Assembly: GCF_006345805.1 (NCBI RefSeq)
Contig: NC_043001.1
Location: forward strand, 35,154,001 to 35,218,000
Length of the DNA stretch: 64,000 bases
Direction of reading: 5' to 3'
Source of the DNA: Octopus sinensis
Taxonomy: Eukaryota
Below the pieces are notes generated by a model that had not been told where the DNA came from, ran no database searches, and saw nothing but the letters and a program-made list of their open reading frames with translations. A program made the position numbers and the translations under genes. Shown here piece after piece: positions 41,071 through 55,035 of the stretch (the first letter of the stretch is position 1; every line of letters starts with the position of its first letter).

Positions 41071-42662
41071 TATTTGGTAAAATGAATCCAAATTTTCTGA
41101 CAAACGGTTTATTATTACGGGCAGATGACTTTTCCGAACCCTCGGTATACTTTTTAACTTATATTTGATAAATTGACGTTTACTCGAAATATAGTAGAAG
41201 TGTTAAACAACCTATATAGGGAGATACAATATTTTGTCTTTTCTTTATTTATTGACATCACTTCATATATTTGACAAATTTGTCACTTACACTTCTTAAA
41301 GTTTTAATAATATGTATGCCAGTGACTTTAAAGTTTCGCTTGAGACTAGCTTTTTAAAAGTTTTAGTAAAGAACTATTAGCACTTATAAAGTTTTGTTTT
41401 GATGGAGGCAAAACAATTTGTAGGAAGGTCAGAGGTCTTCAATCCATATCATAGCTAAATCTGGGATTTATGGAGGTTGTGTAAACCACTGTCTAGCCCA
41501 ACTACTCAGTTTGCTGATTGCCTGATTTGTTACCAAAAATACGTGGGGTCGCGCATTTTCGAGTTGAATGTGCATCGCTTCGAGACCCTAAGCGTTTTGA
41601 GTATAATATTGTAGCCACTTCAAAATAAACATGAGCACACAGAGAGCGCAATCCTCTGCCAAGGCAACACTCAGCGATTAGTCAGAGATCATTTTTAAAA
41701 TGAGAATATCTGAAATAAACTCAACTGCTCTCACAAACGAGAATACTAAAAAATGAACCCGACCGCTTACAAAAATTAAGTAAAAAAACAGGAAAAATAA
41801 TCCAGAATCCTTGTCTGGTAGTAGATCGATCCATAAATTTAATCCGTTCGTACCAGTCACAAGGCCAAACATCCTTGATAGTTTTATCCGAATCCATCCA
41901 GCGGTTCTTTATTATCTTGTCCTCAGACAAACAAACAAACAGACAAACAATCACGAATGAAAACAATACCTCCACCTTCGCTAAGACGGAAGTAATGAAT
42001 AATTAGGATGATGTATTATCAACCCCCAAAGTATCGAGACTCTTGATTTTTTTAGTCTTTGGAAAAGAATTGTGAGGCCATTCCACCGATCATAATTCGA
42101 TCATAATAATGAGGGTACTAAGACATTTCATCCTCTGTCGCCAGATCGGAATAATCGGGTTTTTATTAGCTTCAAAAGCTTCACATAGTTTTCCACCATT
42201 CTCTCCTTCAAATCCAATATCAGTTGTTAGGGCTTCCACTTTATCTATATTTTCCAATCCCCAAATTCTTCCACTATATTTTTTAATAGTCCAGTGAGTT
42301 ATACAGTAAGTATACAACCCGTCACTTATCTCTTGGCGCGAATCAATTCGTTCACTTCTTGCGATTCCTATGAGTGGTCGCAGCTGATCATCTCCCGCTG
42401 CGCGATTTGTCTTCAATCCCGTTTACCCACTTCTTTAAGCGTCTCAAACTATTTAAATGCATACGTTTGTCATAGCTGTTATACTCATTTAAAAAAGTAG
42501 CTTTTTCATGTTTGTCGGACAGCCTTCGTGAAGAATTCAATGATAGCAAGAAGAATAGCAGGAAAATTGTCACTAGGTAAGAAGAGCCACTCTAGCAGCA
42601 AGGGAATGACCTATGTGAGTTAAAGCATTATTTCCACTTGTGCATGATTTTCGGTAAAAACA

Positions 42663-42741
<79 letters not shown>

Positions 42742-44012
42742 CATAGACCCAATAGAGGTAGAATTAATAAAAAAAGTATTCCATCCAGTGAGAGATGAAT
42801 ATCAATTTAAATAAACAACCTAAAGTGTTACTAATAGTTTCATAATTTTCTGATACTTCAGCAGGTATATTTATAAAATACGGTACGTATATTGAATCAA
42901 TCTTTCACGTTCTGTTTATGCGTTATATATATATTCTAAAAACAACGACGCTAGGCAGTAAGAAAATTAGAAGAAACGTGGAAAAAAACATGAAGAACGT
43001 TAGTGCGAAAAATGGAACGGGAACAAAGTTCTTTACAGGGATTTTTATGTATTTTTCATAAACTGAGGGATGGCTACTTTAAGCTTCAGGATTATGTAAT
43101 GTACAAGTATAAAGAAGAAATTAAAGAAAAAAGGACTCATATTGAATGTTATCCATAATATCGAATGGAATTGCTGGTGCTGCACGCCACCGCTTATAAA
43201 TAGCTATAACTATCTACAAGTCTCTAACTGACAGCTTGAAGATGCTCACCTATCGTCTCTGTTACACAATATCTAATTAGATCCCTATTATCACGTGAAT
43301 AAACACAATGTTTTAGATAGTGGCGTCATTCACCAAACGCTATTTTGTGTCTCTGTATGCGTATTTATATAAGCTTGTAGATATGAGTATTTGTGTGCGT
43401 GCATGTGTGTGTGTGTTTGTATGTGCGAGTGTGTGTGACTGTGTGTGACTGTGTGTATGTGTGCATGCGCCTGAAGGAAAGTTTATACGACTCTAATGAA
43501 TCATTCTCTGAGAAGACTCATCTGTTTGGGTAAACTTTGGTTACTAATGTATCCCACGCACTGTTAGGTAACAGACCAGCACTGCTTGAGAAAGTATTCG
43601 TATTGATTTCAACACATAGATCACTGTTATTTGCTATACATCATGGAATATATATCAAATTACACTCTGGAAGTATTATACAATGTCCTTATACACTTCT
43701 GAAAAATCTACGAATCAGGCGCGTGTACGTTCTAGTTGTCCTTAAATCGCACATCTAACCCAGATTCTTACAACTGGTTGGATTCCGCTAAAATAACCAA
43801 GGGACTAGAGGATGGTCTTAAACCGAGTGATGGGTTAATCTTTCAATATAAACGCACAATATCACAAACTGTCCCAGCAAAGAGCGTCTACACTGATTCC
43901 ATATAGCAAATTTTCATCTGCACACTCAGCTGAAACCTATGTTTTAACAGTTTCACAGGGCGACACGTGGTAAAATTGAACCGAAACCACCTAGCTGAAA
44001 AGTGACTTTGAA

Positions 44013-44808
44013 GGAGTTTATACCATACTCACTTCTTTGGTAGAATCTATGGCTTAATTATAGCGTATCGATTATATATAAATAAAATAAAAGGTGTTTA
44101 AGATATTGAAGTACCTCATGTCTGATATGAACTCAAGGCCTAGACATGTAAAAGATCGAGCAATATTTAAGAGTTCTGTAAAAAAAAAAATAAAAAAATC
44201 GAAAATAGAAGTAATGAACTACTGCATGGATTACATCTAATCATTTTGTACGTAATGCTGTCTGTCTATCTGTCTGTCTGTTTGTCAATTTATTTATCTA
44301 TCTATCTTTCTATCTCCATACATATATACATACAATCATACAAAAACACATATAACACGCGCAAGTAAGTTTTGCTTTATTATATTATGGCAGAGTATAG
44401 AAATATTTTGTTTATAAGGTTTTTGTGTGGGGTGTTATTTTTGGGGTGTAGATTTTTAAGGATTTCTATTGGGGTGACTATATCATTAATTGTAGGTTTA
44501 TTGAGAATTTTATTTATTTCCTTTCGTGCAAGTTATCCTCGATATCGTTATGATTTATTCATATATTTAATTTGGAAGAGGTATTTACGAAGACGCATAC
44601 TCACACACACGCGCGCAAACACACACTCACATATATATTTGATGGAGTTTATACCATACTCACTTCTTTGGTAGAATCCATAGCTTAATTATAGAGTACC
44701 AAATATCGATTATATATAAATAAAATATAAGGTGTTTAATATAAGATATTGAAGTACCTCATGTCTGATATGAACTCAAGGCCTAGACATGTAAAAGATC
44801 GAGCAATA
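44013..44808 (+). repeat. Pair of 153/165-bp direct repeats (44013-44165, 44644-44808)
   Basis: GGAGTTTATACCATACTCACTTCTTTGGTAGAATC...CATGTCTGATATGAACTCAAGGCCTAGACATGTAAAAGATCGAGCAATA present twice. Confidence 0.9.
44371..44587 (+). pseudogene. nad1: NUMT: mitochondrial NADH dehydrogenase subunit 1 fragment
   Basis: In invertebrate mitochondrial code: FALL(+1)MAEYSNILFMSFLCGVLFLGCSFLSISIGVTMSLIVGLLSILFISFRASYPRYRYDLFMYLIWKSYL. MAEY..I and RAS.PRYRYD.LM...WK..LP are ND1 hallmarks. T/G-rich composition and a 1-nt insertion. Confidence 0.9.
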
Positions 44809-45456
44809 CCTAAATCTTAAAGAAACAAGGAAAGGAAAAGAAAAAAGTGATTTTAAAGTCTGGAAAGATTTCAAATCTGTGTGAACGGTAGATGAATAAA
44901 TAAACAGGAAAGAGGGCGCAGGAGAGTTTATAACGATAAATCTATAATACACGCGTGTGCGCACGCATGTGTGTGTATACATACATAAATATATACGCTG
45001 TGGTTATGTATGTATATATATATATATATGTGTGTAAATATATACATTTATATACTTATACATATACATATATATATGTATATATGTATGCATATATATA
45101 TATATATATATGTATGTAGGTATGTATATATTTATATAAGAGATGTGAAACTGTGTATGTAAGAGCGATGGAAAAGAGAATACAACCTACAAGGTATACA
45201 AATTATTGATTATAAATGTGTGAGCACCAACATTTATATGCAAACATGCATGCATACATACATACATACATACATACATACATACATACATACATACATA
45301 CATACATACATACATGCATGCATACGTACGTACTCACTTACCTCCTATATATATGTTCATACCAAATGTGTGTTTATTCCTCTGTGTGTGCTTGCAGTTT
45401 ATAGCTTAAAATCAGCAATTTTATGTGTATATATACAGAGAGTGATACGATTATAT

Positions 45457-45520
<64 letters not shown>

Positions 45521-45581
45521 TATATATATATGTGTACATATATATAAATATGCATATATATACATATATATATACGAGTAT

Positions 45582-45633
<52 letters not shown>

Positions 45634-46756
45634 TGTATATATATATACACACATATATGTGTGTGCGTATGCATATATGTCTGTGTGCATTGATGTGTGT
45701 TTATGTGTTCCTGTACGTGCGTGTGTGTGTACTTTAGTTTACGTTTGTACTACTGTAAATATTTCTTTGAGTTTTTTCGCTTTATCCCTTCCTTCACACA
45801 AAAGCAAACACACACACTCACACACAGGATTATATACACTTACACAAACGCAAACAATACACGCAGGTACCGTTCTATGTGTGTGTGTATATATATATAT
45901 ATATGTGTGTATATATATATGTGTGTGTGTGTTTGTATGAATGTGTGCGCAATCTTAGTTCCAAAGTCTATGAGAAAAATAAAACAGGAAATCTTTTGGC
46001 AACGTAATTTTTTCCTCCTCTTTTTTCCTGTGATATCTATAGAGAAAAGTTTATCAAAATATTTCTTTACCAAAACTAATGTCAATTCTGAAAGAGAAAA
46101 TTCTGACATTTTTGTCACGCTCAGCCAATTTAAGACAAAATAGTTGGAAGTGGAAGGTTGTGACGCAAAGCTTGGAAGAAAGACGAAGGAGAAATCCTTG
46201 GCTGTCACAATACAACAAAAACACACTAGTGGAATCACAGTTCTTTACATCTCGTGTCAAATGTCCCAAAACATCATCTAATAGGTGCCAACGACTTTGA
46301 CACCTATCCTCCACGCCGATCATAGTACTGATGTAGCGTGACCTAGGTCAGCATCTTAAAATATAGAATTATGTTTATGTTGACGAATGTTTAACGATTT
46401 CCCTATCAATCTGTCAAGGACCTTAACGTATTAAAGTGTTTATACTTAAATTAACATCTCAAGTAGTTTTCTATTACATGAAACTTTTTGGACAGGTTTA
46501 ATATATGGCAATATAACATAATGTTATATTTTTAATACATTTCTCCAAATTAATGATTATACTAAAAATTATTACGAGAAATTGTGATATGTTATTTATA
46601 ATTAAACACGAAGAAGGGTTCAAAATGAATAGAAATTACTGCATGTGTGTATGACTGTGTCGATGGGCGGGCGTGTACGTATGTTCAGTTATTTGGGTTT
46701 ATTTATCTGTCCGCCTGTCTGCCTGTTTGTCTGTCTGTTTGTCTGCCTATCTATAT

Positions 46757-46810
<54 letters not shown>

Positions 46811-46835
46811 AAATATACATGTTTGTGTGTAAATA

Positions 46836-46889
<54 letters not shown>

Positions 46890-46951
46890 CATATATATAT
46901 ATACATATATACATATATATATATATACATATATATACATATATACATATG

Positions 46952-47118
46952 TGGAGGCGCAATGGCCCAGTGGTTAGGGCAGCGGACTTGCGGTCGGAGG
47001 ATCGCGGTTTCGATTCCCAGACCGGGCGTTGTGTGTGTTTATTGAGCGAAAACACCTAAAAGCTCCACGAGGCTCCGGCAGAGGATGGTGGTGATCCCTG
47101 CTGTACTCTTTCACCACT
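46952..47118 (+). mobile_element. SINE family C (subfamily with GCTCCACGAGGCTCCGGCAG body), truncated and fused to a family B tail at 47120-47168
   Basis: Head GGCGCAATGGCCCAGTGGTTAGGGCAGCGG...GGTTTCGATTCCC. Confidence 0.82.
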
Positions 47119-47314
47119 CTAAAGGCGGTGCTCCAGCATGGCCGCAGTCAAATGACTGAAACAAGTACAAAAAAAAATATATATATATATACATATATAT
47201 ATACATATATATACATATATATATACACACATATATATACATATATATATACATATATATATACATATGTATATATATATATATATATATATACATATAT
47301 ATATACATATATGT

Positions 47315-47375
<61 letters not shown>

Positions 47376-47377
47376 AA

Positions 47378-47585
47378 GTTAATCCAAACATGAAAACACA
47401 AAGAGAAAACACAACAACGCGAGGACGTGGAACAAATATAGTATTATTGGACGGTCAGGAAGGAAGGGAAGAAGGAGGGTTTAACGTTTCGAGCGGAGCT
47501 CTTCGTCAAAAACACGGGAAAAGGAAAGATCCAGAGAAGGGTAGACGGAGGAAAAAAATCGCCAACGGTACACACGCGGTCACAT
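47378..47585 (-). mobile_element. pLTR-like short element family D with minimal hammerhead at 47479-47513
   Basis: Minus: GUUU-UUGACGA-A-GAGC(UCC)GCUC-GAA-ACGU-U|AAAC. The 3' end abuts (TA)n. Confidence 0.7.
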
Positions 47586-47805
47586 TTTATATATATCTTA
47601 CATTGCTTATAAACTCTATATTTTAAACTCCGTTGAACTTTTGGACTTTACTCAAAGGATATTGGAATATTGTATATATACCATTATGCCTAAAAAATGG
47701 ATTTACAACTTCAATACATATCTTGCATCTATTTTCTTTCATCCACCTCACACTCCATTTTGTATTACATCTAAACTAACTATGATTTAACTATCCTCTC
47801 ACATC

Positions 47806-47857
47806 GTCTCCGATGAAGGGGTATAATTAATAAATATCCTAGAAACAGCTGTAAGAC
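47806..47857 (+). ncRNA. Type I hammerhead motif, family F (U4C)
   Basis: GUCU-CCGAUGA-A-GGGGUAU...AUAUCCU-A-GAA-ACAGCUGU-A|AGAC: 8-nt palindromic stem III, GUA site. Confidence 0.6.
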
Positions 47858-48083
47858 CTTCTATCTATAAATGCTCTAATATCTACACAGCCTTGATCTT
47901 TTTTTATCTTATTACGGAAAAAGTTCTTATATACACACGCTGACATAGAACCAACGTTGAGCCCTTTATTAGCAATATTACTGAATCTGGAACTTAACTA
48001 TGGTCTGTCTATAGTACTCATTCAGCATTACCTGACACCTTTGGGTCTATGACGCCATTATCTCTTATAACCTCAACTTCTCG

Positions 48084-48119
<36 letters not shown>

Positions 48120-48521
48120 TCACAATCACATATATGGAGAGATAGATAAATTGATAGTTAGCTAGATAGATATATGTAGATAGAGATATATAACAGTATG
48201 TCTGTCACAATGTTACAGTTATACAAAACTGAGATTGTATAAACAGATAACGACTCAGAAATAACCGTAAATATTTTTTAAAATAATTTTGTAAATCTAA
48301 TGGAATGGAATAAATACAAAAAATAAAGAAATTTAATGTTTCTACATTCATACTAAATTCATTGAAAATGGTTACGTCTAGATATTTCCTTGAGTGTTCT
48401 AGATTCACTTTATGTTATAACAATGACGATTCTCTGTACAATTATTTTGTTTGGAAAAGCAATACATACATACAAACGTACATACATACATACATACATA
48501 CTCAGACAGACACCTACACGT

Positions 48522-48910
48522 ACATATGGAAGCTCTCCGTCGGTTACGACCATGAGGGTTCCGGTTGATCCGAATCAACGAAACAGCCTGCTCGTGAAAT
48601 TAACGTGTAAGTGGCTGAGCACTCCACAGACACGTGTACCCTTAACGTAGTATCTTGGGGATAAAGCGTGACACAGAGAGTGACAAGGCCGGCCCTTTGA
48701 AATACAGGTACAACAGAAACAGGAAGTAAGAGTGAGAGAAAGTTGTGGCGAAAGAGTACAGCAGGGATCACCACCATCCCCTGCCGGAGCATCGTGGAGC
48801 TTTAGGTGTTTTCGCTCAATAAACACTCACAACGCCCGGTCTGGGAATCGAAACCGCGATCCTATGACCGCGAGTTCGCTGCCCTAACCACTGGGCCATT
48901 GCACCTCCAC
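48522..48910 (-). mobile_element. SINE family C, full length
   Basis: Reverse complement of the 46952 head continuing into the common tail. Confidence 0.87.
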
Positions 48911-49494
48911 TTCACACGTACATATATTATGTATTTGAGAGAGAAAAAAACAGAGAGAGGAGGGAATAGAGGGTAGATGGGGAGAGAGTGAGAGAGAGAT
49001 ACATCCACACATACATATCTATATATGTGTCTGTGTAACAACGCTTACGCACCTAAATATATATTTGTCTGTGTGTCAAAGCCTCTGTACTCGTGCTTAC
49101 TTTCATATCCTAGTGAGATGGTAACAGAAAGTGAATGTTTTTTTTATATTGATAATTGTGTGTCGGCAAGTATATGTTTAACGGACCCAACTTCTTAAGA
49201 AATATTGATATTACAGAATTATTGAATATCTATTATTTTCATAAGAACTTATTTTCCTATAGACAATAGATAAACCATATATTTTGTCTGTGGAGTAGGG
49301 AGTGGGGTTATCTCCGTCTGAATTGATTACTAGCACAAATGTTGAGCCAATATTATTTTGATGAAACTCTGTTCTCCAGCTCAATATTACATAGGTACTT
49401 TCTATATGTTGAGTCTCTTCATAAATCTAGCATTTGCTGTTTAGTAAGTTGCTCAAGCTCAAACCTTAATCAACAATTTATGAAGTTATTTATT

Positions 49495-50286
49495 TATTAC
49501 GCACAAGAGGCTAAACATAGACTGGATAAACAAGAACAGACAAAGGGATTAAGTCGATTACATCGACCCATGTGCGTAACTGGTACTTATTAAATCGAAC
49601 CCGAAAGGATAAAAAGTAAGGTCGACCTCGGCGGAATTTGAACTCAGAGTGTAACGGTAGACGAAATACCTATTTCTTTACGACCCACAAGAGGATAAAC
49701 ACAGAGAGGACAAACAAGGACAGACAAACGGATTAAGTCGATTATATCGACCCCCGGTGCGCAACTGGTACTTAATTTATCGACCCCGAAAATATGAAAG
49801 GCAAAGTCGACCTCGGCGGAATTTGAACTCAGCACGTAGCGGCAGACGAAATACTGCTAAGCATTTCGCCTGGCGTGCTAACGATTCTGTCAGCTCGCCG
49901 CCTTAATCAACTATTTATGAAGCGCTCGAGCAGTCCCATCAACAGGATGTTCAGGAATTGTTTCTGACCATCTATTATATATTTCTTTACTACCCACAAG
50001 GGGCTACACACAGAGGGGACAAACAAGGACAGACAAACGGATTAAGTCGATTATATCGACCCCAATGCGCAACTGGTACTTAATTTATCGACCCCGAGAG
50101 GATGAAAGGCTAAGTCGACCTCGGCGGAATTTGAACCCAGGACGTAGCGGCAGACGAAATACGGCTACGCATTTCGCCCGGCGTGCTAACGATTCTGTCA
50201 GCTCGCCGCCTTAATCAACTATTTATGAAGCGCTCGAGCAGTCCCATCAACAGGATGTTCAGGAATTGTTTCTGACCATCTATTAT
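49495..50286 (-). mobile_element. SINE family A cluster including a local tandem duplication of about 307 bp
   Basis: Family A modules. The unique flank TTAATCAACTATTTATGAAGCGCTCGAGC...CCATCTATTAT is repeated at about 49903 and 50210. Confidence 0.85.
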
Positions 50287-51034
50287 CGTTTTGACTTTCT
50301 TTTTCTTACAGAAGGATTTGTCTGTACTCGTAGTCTGAGAGCCTAGACACAGCCATGTGATTAACAGATTTCCTTTACAATAGCAAACGTCTAGTGGCAG
50401 TTACGCTTCGAGTACACCACCTTAGATAAGTGATTATATAACATCGGATCACCGCAAAACTTGTGAATGAAAATGCATTAGATCTACGAGTTTGTTCCTG
50501 GATAACATAGGATCCATGAATTTTCTTTACTTTCGTCCAACAAGAACAGGTAAATGATTTCAGCGTTCTTTTTACGAAATATACCTAAAAAAATATTAGA
50601 AATACATCACCTACTATTCATTACATCTGTCCTTGCAAATATAAATTAACGCCATATGAGTCAGTGAGTGTGATGATTATTGGTTAACATATAGATATAA
50701 TTTTTCATATTTTCACTAGCGAAAAGTGTATATATATGTATATTTTATGTTACCCGTATCAAAAAACAAGAGAGATCGAAGAAAATGTCCTACATAGACT
50801 ACACTTACTTCTGAAAACGCCTTCCGGGATTGGTGGCAGACAGTGAAAGACGTTTGGTATCAGATCTCGATAATGGAGAGGAGGTACTGCTTGTGATACA
50901 AAACACAACAATATGACTAATTTGTAAGTAAAGCAATTAGTTTTTTTTTTTTTTTAATTATACTTTATCTAATATTTATTTATTTTGTTACGTATATATT
51001 TATATAAATTCCCTTGTTATATAAATGTTTCCAA

Positions 51035-51632
51035 TATTGGCAAAAGGCCAGCAAATTTCGGGTAAGGGACAAATCGATTACATCGAAACCAGTCTTCAAC
51101 TGGTATTTATTTTATGGGCTCCCGAAAAGATTAAATGCAATGTGTCGATCTCGGCAGAATTTGAACTCAGAACGTATGGATAGACGAAATGCTGCTAATT
51201 ATTTTTCCCGGTGTGCTAACCATTCTGCCATCTCGTCATCTTTTCCCTTGTAATATAACCCTTTCTACTAAAGACACAAAGCCTGAATTTTGGGGGGATG
51301 GGTCTAGTCGATTACATCAACCCCAGTGTTTCACAGGTACTTAATTTATCGGCCCCGAATGGATAAAAGGGAAAGTCGACCTCGACAGAATTTGAAATCA
51401 GATGGACAAAATGCCTATTTCTTAACTACCCACAAGGGGCTAAACACAGAGAGGACAAACAAGGACAGATAAACGGATTAAGTCGATTATATAGACTGGT
51501 ACTTAATTTATCGACCCCGAAAAGATGAAACGCAAAGTCGACTTCGGCGGAATTTGAACTCAGAACGTAACGGCAGACGAAATACGGCTACGCATTTCGC
51601 CCGGCGTGCTAACGTTTCTGCCAGCTTGCCAC
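51035..51632 (-). mobile_element. SINE family A cluster
   Basis: Three reverse-complement modules. Confidence 0.82.
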
Positions 51633-52385
51633 TTTTTCTGTTGTAATATAATAACAACTAGTTTTGCTATATAGCATATTTTTATTGGGTGATGTTTCCT
51701 CTTCCACATTCAAATATTATCATTTAAAATATGAACGCACATAAAATAAAAATCCAACACAAGTAAATGAATAACTAGAAAAATTTAATGTAACAGTAAG
51801 TCACAATTCCATAGGAAACATTATCTCCATAGAGATATTAGGCATTTACATACGTAAATGTAGGCACACGCACACAAACACACGTATGTGTACTTATACA
51901 TACATATATGTATAAATTTGTATATGTATTTATATATTTCTGTATGTTTACGTGCGTATGGAGCTTGTGCAATTTCGTATGTTTACGTGCGTACAGGTTA
52001 ATTACGCACAGAAATATGTCGATAAAAAAATTATCAACTTCATATCTAAATCGGATGATTTTACCTGAATAAGCTATCTGGGGGAAATAAATATTGTTCC
52101 CCGATAAAGATTAGATCACAAAGTAATCGATTAAAGCCGAGTCGATAGTATAAGATATTGCAATTAGCATTAACATTTTCGCTGAAATATGATTTTTATA
52201 TAATTGCATATAATGTTTGATGTTTCACCATTGAAGTTGTTTCGACATCAATAAAGTGAGTTTTGCGCTATATATCTAGAGTTATGAGTCTGTCTCTAGC
52301 CTCCGCCCATCCACATAGATTTATTGATAAAGAAACGCGTATACAGACTCGCACACAGGCATACACGCATATAATGTCTGCGTAC

Positions 52386-52697
<312 letters not shown>

Positions 52698-53514
52698 GTG
52701 TGTGTGTGTGTGTGTGTGTATTTGTGTGTGTGTGTGTGTGCGTGCGCGCGTTTTATACATATGCATTATATATATGTATATATATAAAATGTATATACAC
52801 ACATGCATACACATATACAGTTTGCAGAAAATCATCAACTCTCCGCTGCCACCACAGTGCTGAATCTGTATTTTAATCTTATGCACCCTTTTCTAGCTCT
52901 TCCTTGAAGTTTTGTAAATTCTTGCGATTTCTTTTCTTTTCTTATCACGCTATTTTTCTATTTCTCCCTCATCCCTTCTCTTTCTCTCTCTCTCTCTGTA
53001 TCTCTGTGTCTTTCTGGCATGGTTCTTGATCTCCTTTATAGAAGAGGAACAGCAGATAGATGCTTCCATAACTTAATTAGTTAATGTGAAGTTGGCAGCT
53101 GAGGTTTAGATTCTCTACTGCTTACTCATACCAATACACACCTCATTGGTAATAATGTTCTTACATTTAGAGACAACAACGTTTTTGGAAACTTTTCATT
53201 GGAAACTGCATTTACAGTTGTTACTTAATATTCTTATCTTCACGTCCATGAGTAAACAAATTTTATACTGAAACGAAATAAGACACAGCATATCTATAGT
53301 ATTACTCTACTGCGGTACGACAGACTTAGTAAAGCGTTTAAACATCTCTATGCGCTGAACAAGATCCTTATTTTTACGTCAACGGAAATGCATACAGCCA
53401 GACATTCATCCACCGACCGAGTAATCGAAGTGAAAGAGTAGCTTTGAAATTTGGGCTTTTTCACACACACACACACACAAAAACACACTCCATATATATA
53501 TATATATATATAGG

Positions 53515-54044
53515 TGAGAAAGTTGGTGTGTGAAAGCACGTGGTTGAATATATACAAAATAGTAAAGAGTGAAAAAACTACAGAAGGCTTGTTTTATAAG
53601 GTTAAAGAATATATTTGAGTCATTATGTTAGAAGAATGTTATTAAATTTTTTCATACAGTAACGTAGTTTTTCAAGAAATTACCGGTTTCGTGTTAACTT
53701 TCCAAACTTCTCATTTTTCTCGAATGTCTTTCTCTACATCGTGTTATGTCTTCGTTATACAGTGCAAAGCAGAGTTCCAGGTAGGGGGAGGTAATAAGCG
53801 ACTTCTTCCGGTATAAGGGAGATAATCGCTTTATATTTCTTTTCCCTTTATTTAATGGGGTGAGTTTCTCTGTATGAGGATGTTAGAATGGTTAAGTTTA
53901 GGATTATATTTTTCAATGAAGAATCTATCCTTGTTTAATCTAATTTGTATTGGTGTTCCAATAGCACATTGATAGAATGGAAAGATTAAAAATTGTGGTA
54001 GTAGTTGCTTTGCGCATTTCTCAATATGCTCACTAAAGGGTATC

Positions 54045-54046
<2 letters not shown>
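53515..54046 (-). mobile_element. 5'-truncated PLE: endonuclease-region C-terminal tail plus pLTR with degenerate hammerhead (53676-53722)
   Basis: IPFSEHIEKCAKQLLPQFLIFPFYQC...RLNKDRFFIEKYNPKLN resembles PLE C-termini (the GIY motif itself is absent). Downstream ...TAACAC-GAA-ACCGGT-A|ATTTC. (TA)n on both sides. Confidence 0.6.
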
Positions 54047-54084
<38 letters not shown>

Positions 54085-54093
<9 letters not shown>

Positions 54094-54253
54094 TCTTTCA
54101 CTCTATTACTTGTTTCAGTCATTTGACTGTGGCTTTTAGTCAAGCAAATCGACCCCAGGACTTATTCTTTGTAAGCTTAATACTTATTCTATCGATCTAT
54201 TTTTGCCGAACCGGTTGGCAAGCGATGTTGTGGGGACAAACAGACACACAAAG

Positions 54254-54320
<67 letters not shown>

Positions 54321-54485
54321 ATATATGACGGGCTTCTTTCAGTTTCCGTCTACCAAATCCACTCACAAGGCTTTGGTCGACTCGAGGCTATAGTAGCAGA
54401 CACTTGCCCAAGGTGCCACACAGTGAGGCTGAATCCAGAACCATGTGGTTGGTAAGCAAGCTACCACACAGTCACTCCTGCGCCT
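54085..54485 (-). mobile_element. SINE family B
   Basis: Reverse complement family B with internal (CA)n(TA)n. Confidence 0.85.
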
Positions 54486-54524
54486 ATATATATATATATA
54501 TACAGTATGTATATGTATATGAGG

Positions 54525-54820
54525 TTGTGAGCTCGAATCCCGGACCGGGCTGCGTGTTGTGTTCTTGAGCAAAACACTTTATTTCACGTTGCTCCAGTTC
54601 ACTCAGCTGTAGAAATGAGTTGCGACGTCACTGGTTCCAAGCTGTATCGACCTTTGTCTTTCCCTTGGATAACACTGGTGGCGTGGAGAGGGGAGGCCGG
54701 TATGCATGGGCGACTGCTGGTCTTCCATAAACAACCTTGCCCGGGCTTGTGTCTAGGAGGGTAACTTTCTAGGTGCAATCCCATGGTCATTCATGACCGA
54801 AGAGGGTCTTTACCCTTTAT
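54525..54820 (+). mobile_element. SINE family C head with a third tail type
   Basis: Family C core GTTGCTCCAGTTCACTCAGCTG joined to a distinct tail ending GGGTCTTTACCCTTT. Confidence 0.72.
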
Positions 54821-54986
54821 ATGTATATATATAGCGCTATTCAGCACCAGCTTTGCTAGAAATAAGAGTCTAAACAACTCATAGCGACAGTAACACACTG
54901 TCTTATTTATGAAGTGAGTGTATGATTACTACGGTGATCTTATAAGCTGACAAGCGTAGTTGAGTTTAACCCAAGGCGCCAGTGAG

Positions 54987-55035
54987 GGCCACTGACAAGC
55001 ATTAATGTAAATGCGAAATCACTGGTGATTTGGCT
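54987..55035 (+). ncRNA. Type I hammerhead motif, family H (G8A)
   Basis: GGCCA-CUGACAA-GCAUU(AAUGUA)AAUGC-GAA-AUCAC(UG)GUGAU-U|UGGCU: all three stems pair. Confidence 0.65.

Noticed and set aside
42090-42416. 108-aa minus ORF starting KTNRAAGDDQL, reminiscent of the LINE pre-RT motif KxxKAxGxD
   Set aside because: No downstream RT motifs were recognisable, so it is too degenerate to call.
46952-47025. tRNA-like sequence
   Set aside because: SINE head: no acceptor-stem pairing, and it continues into the SINE body.
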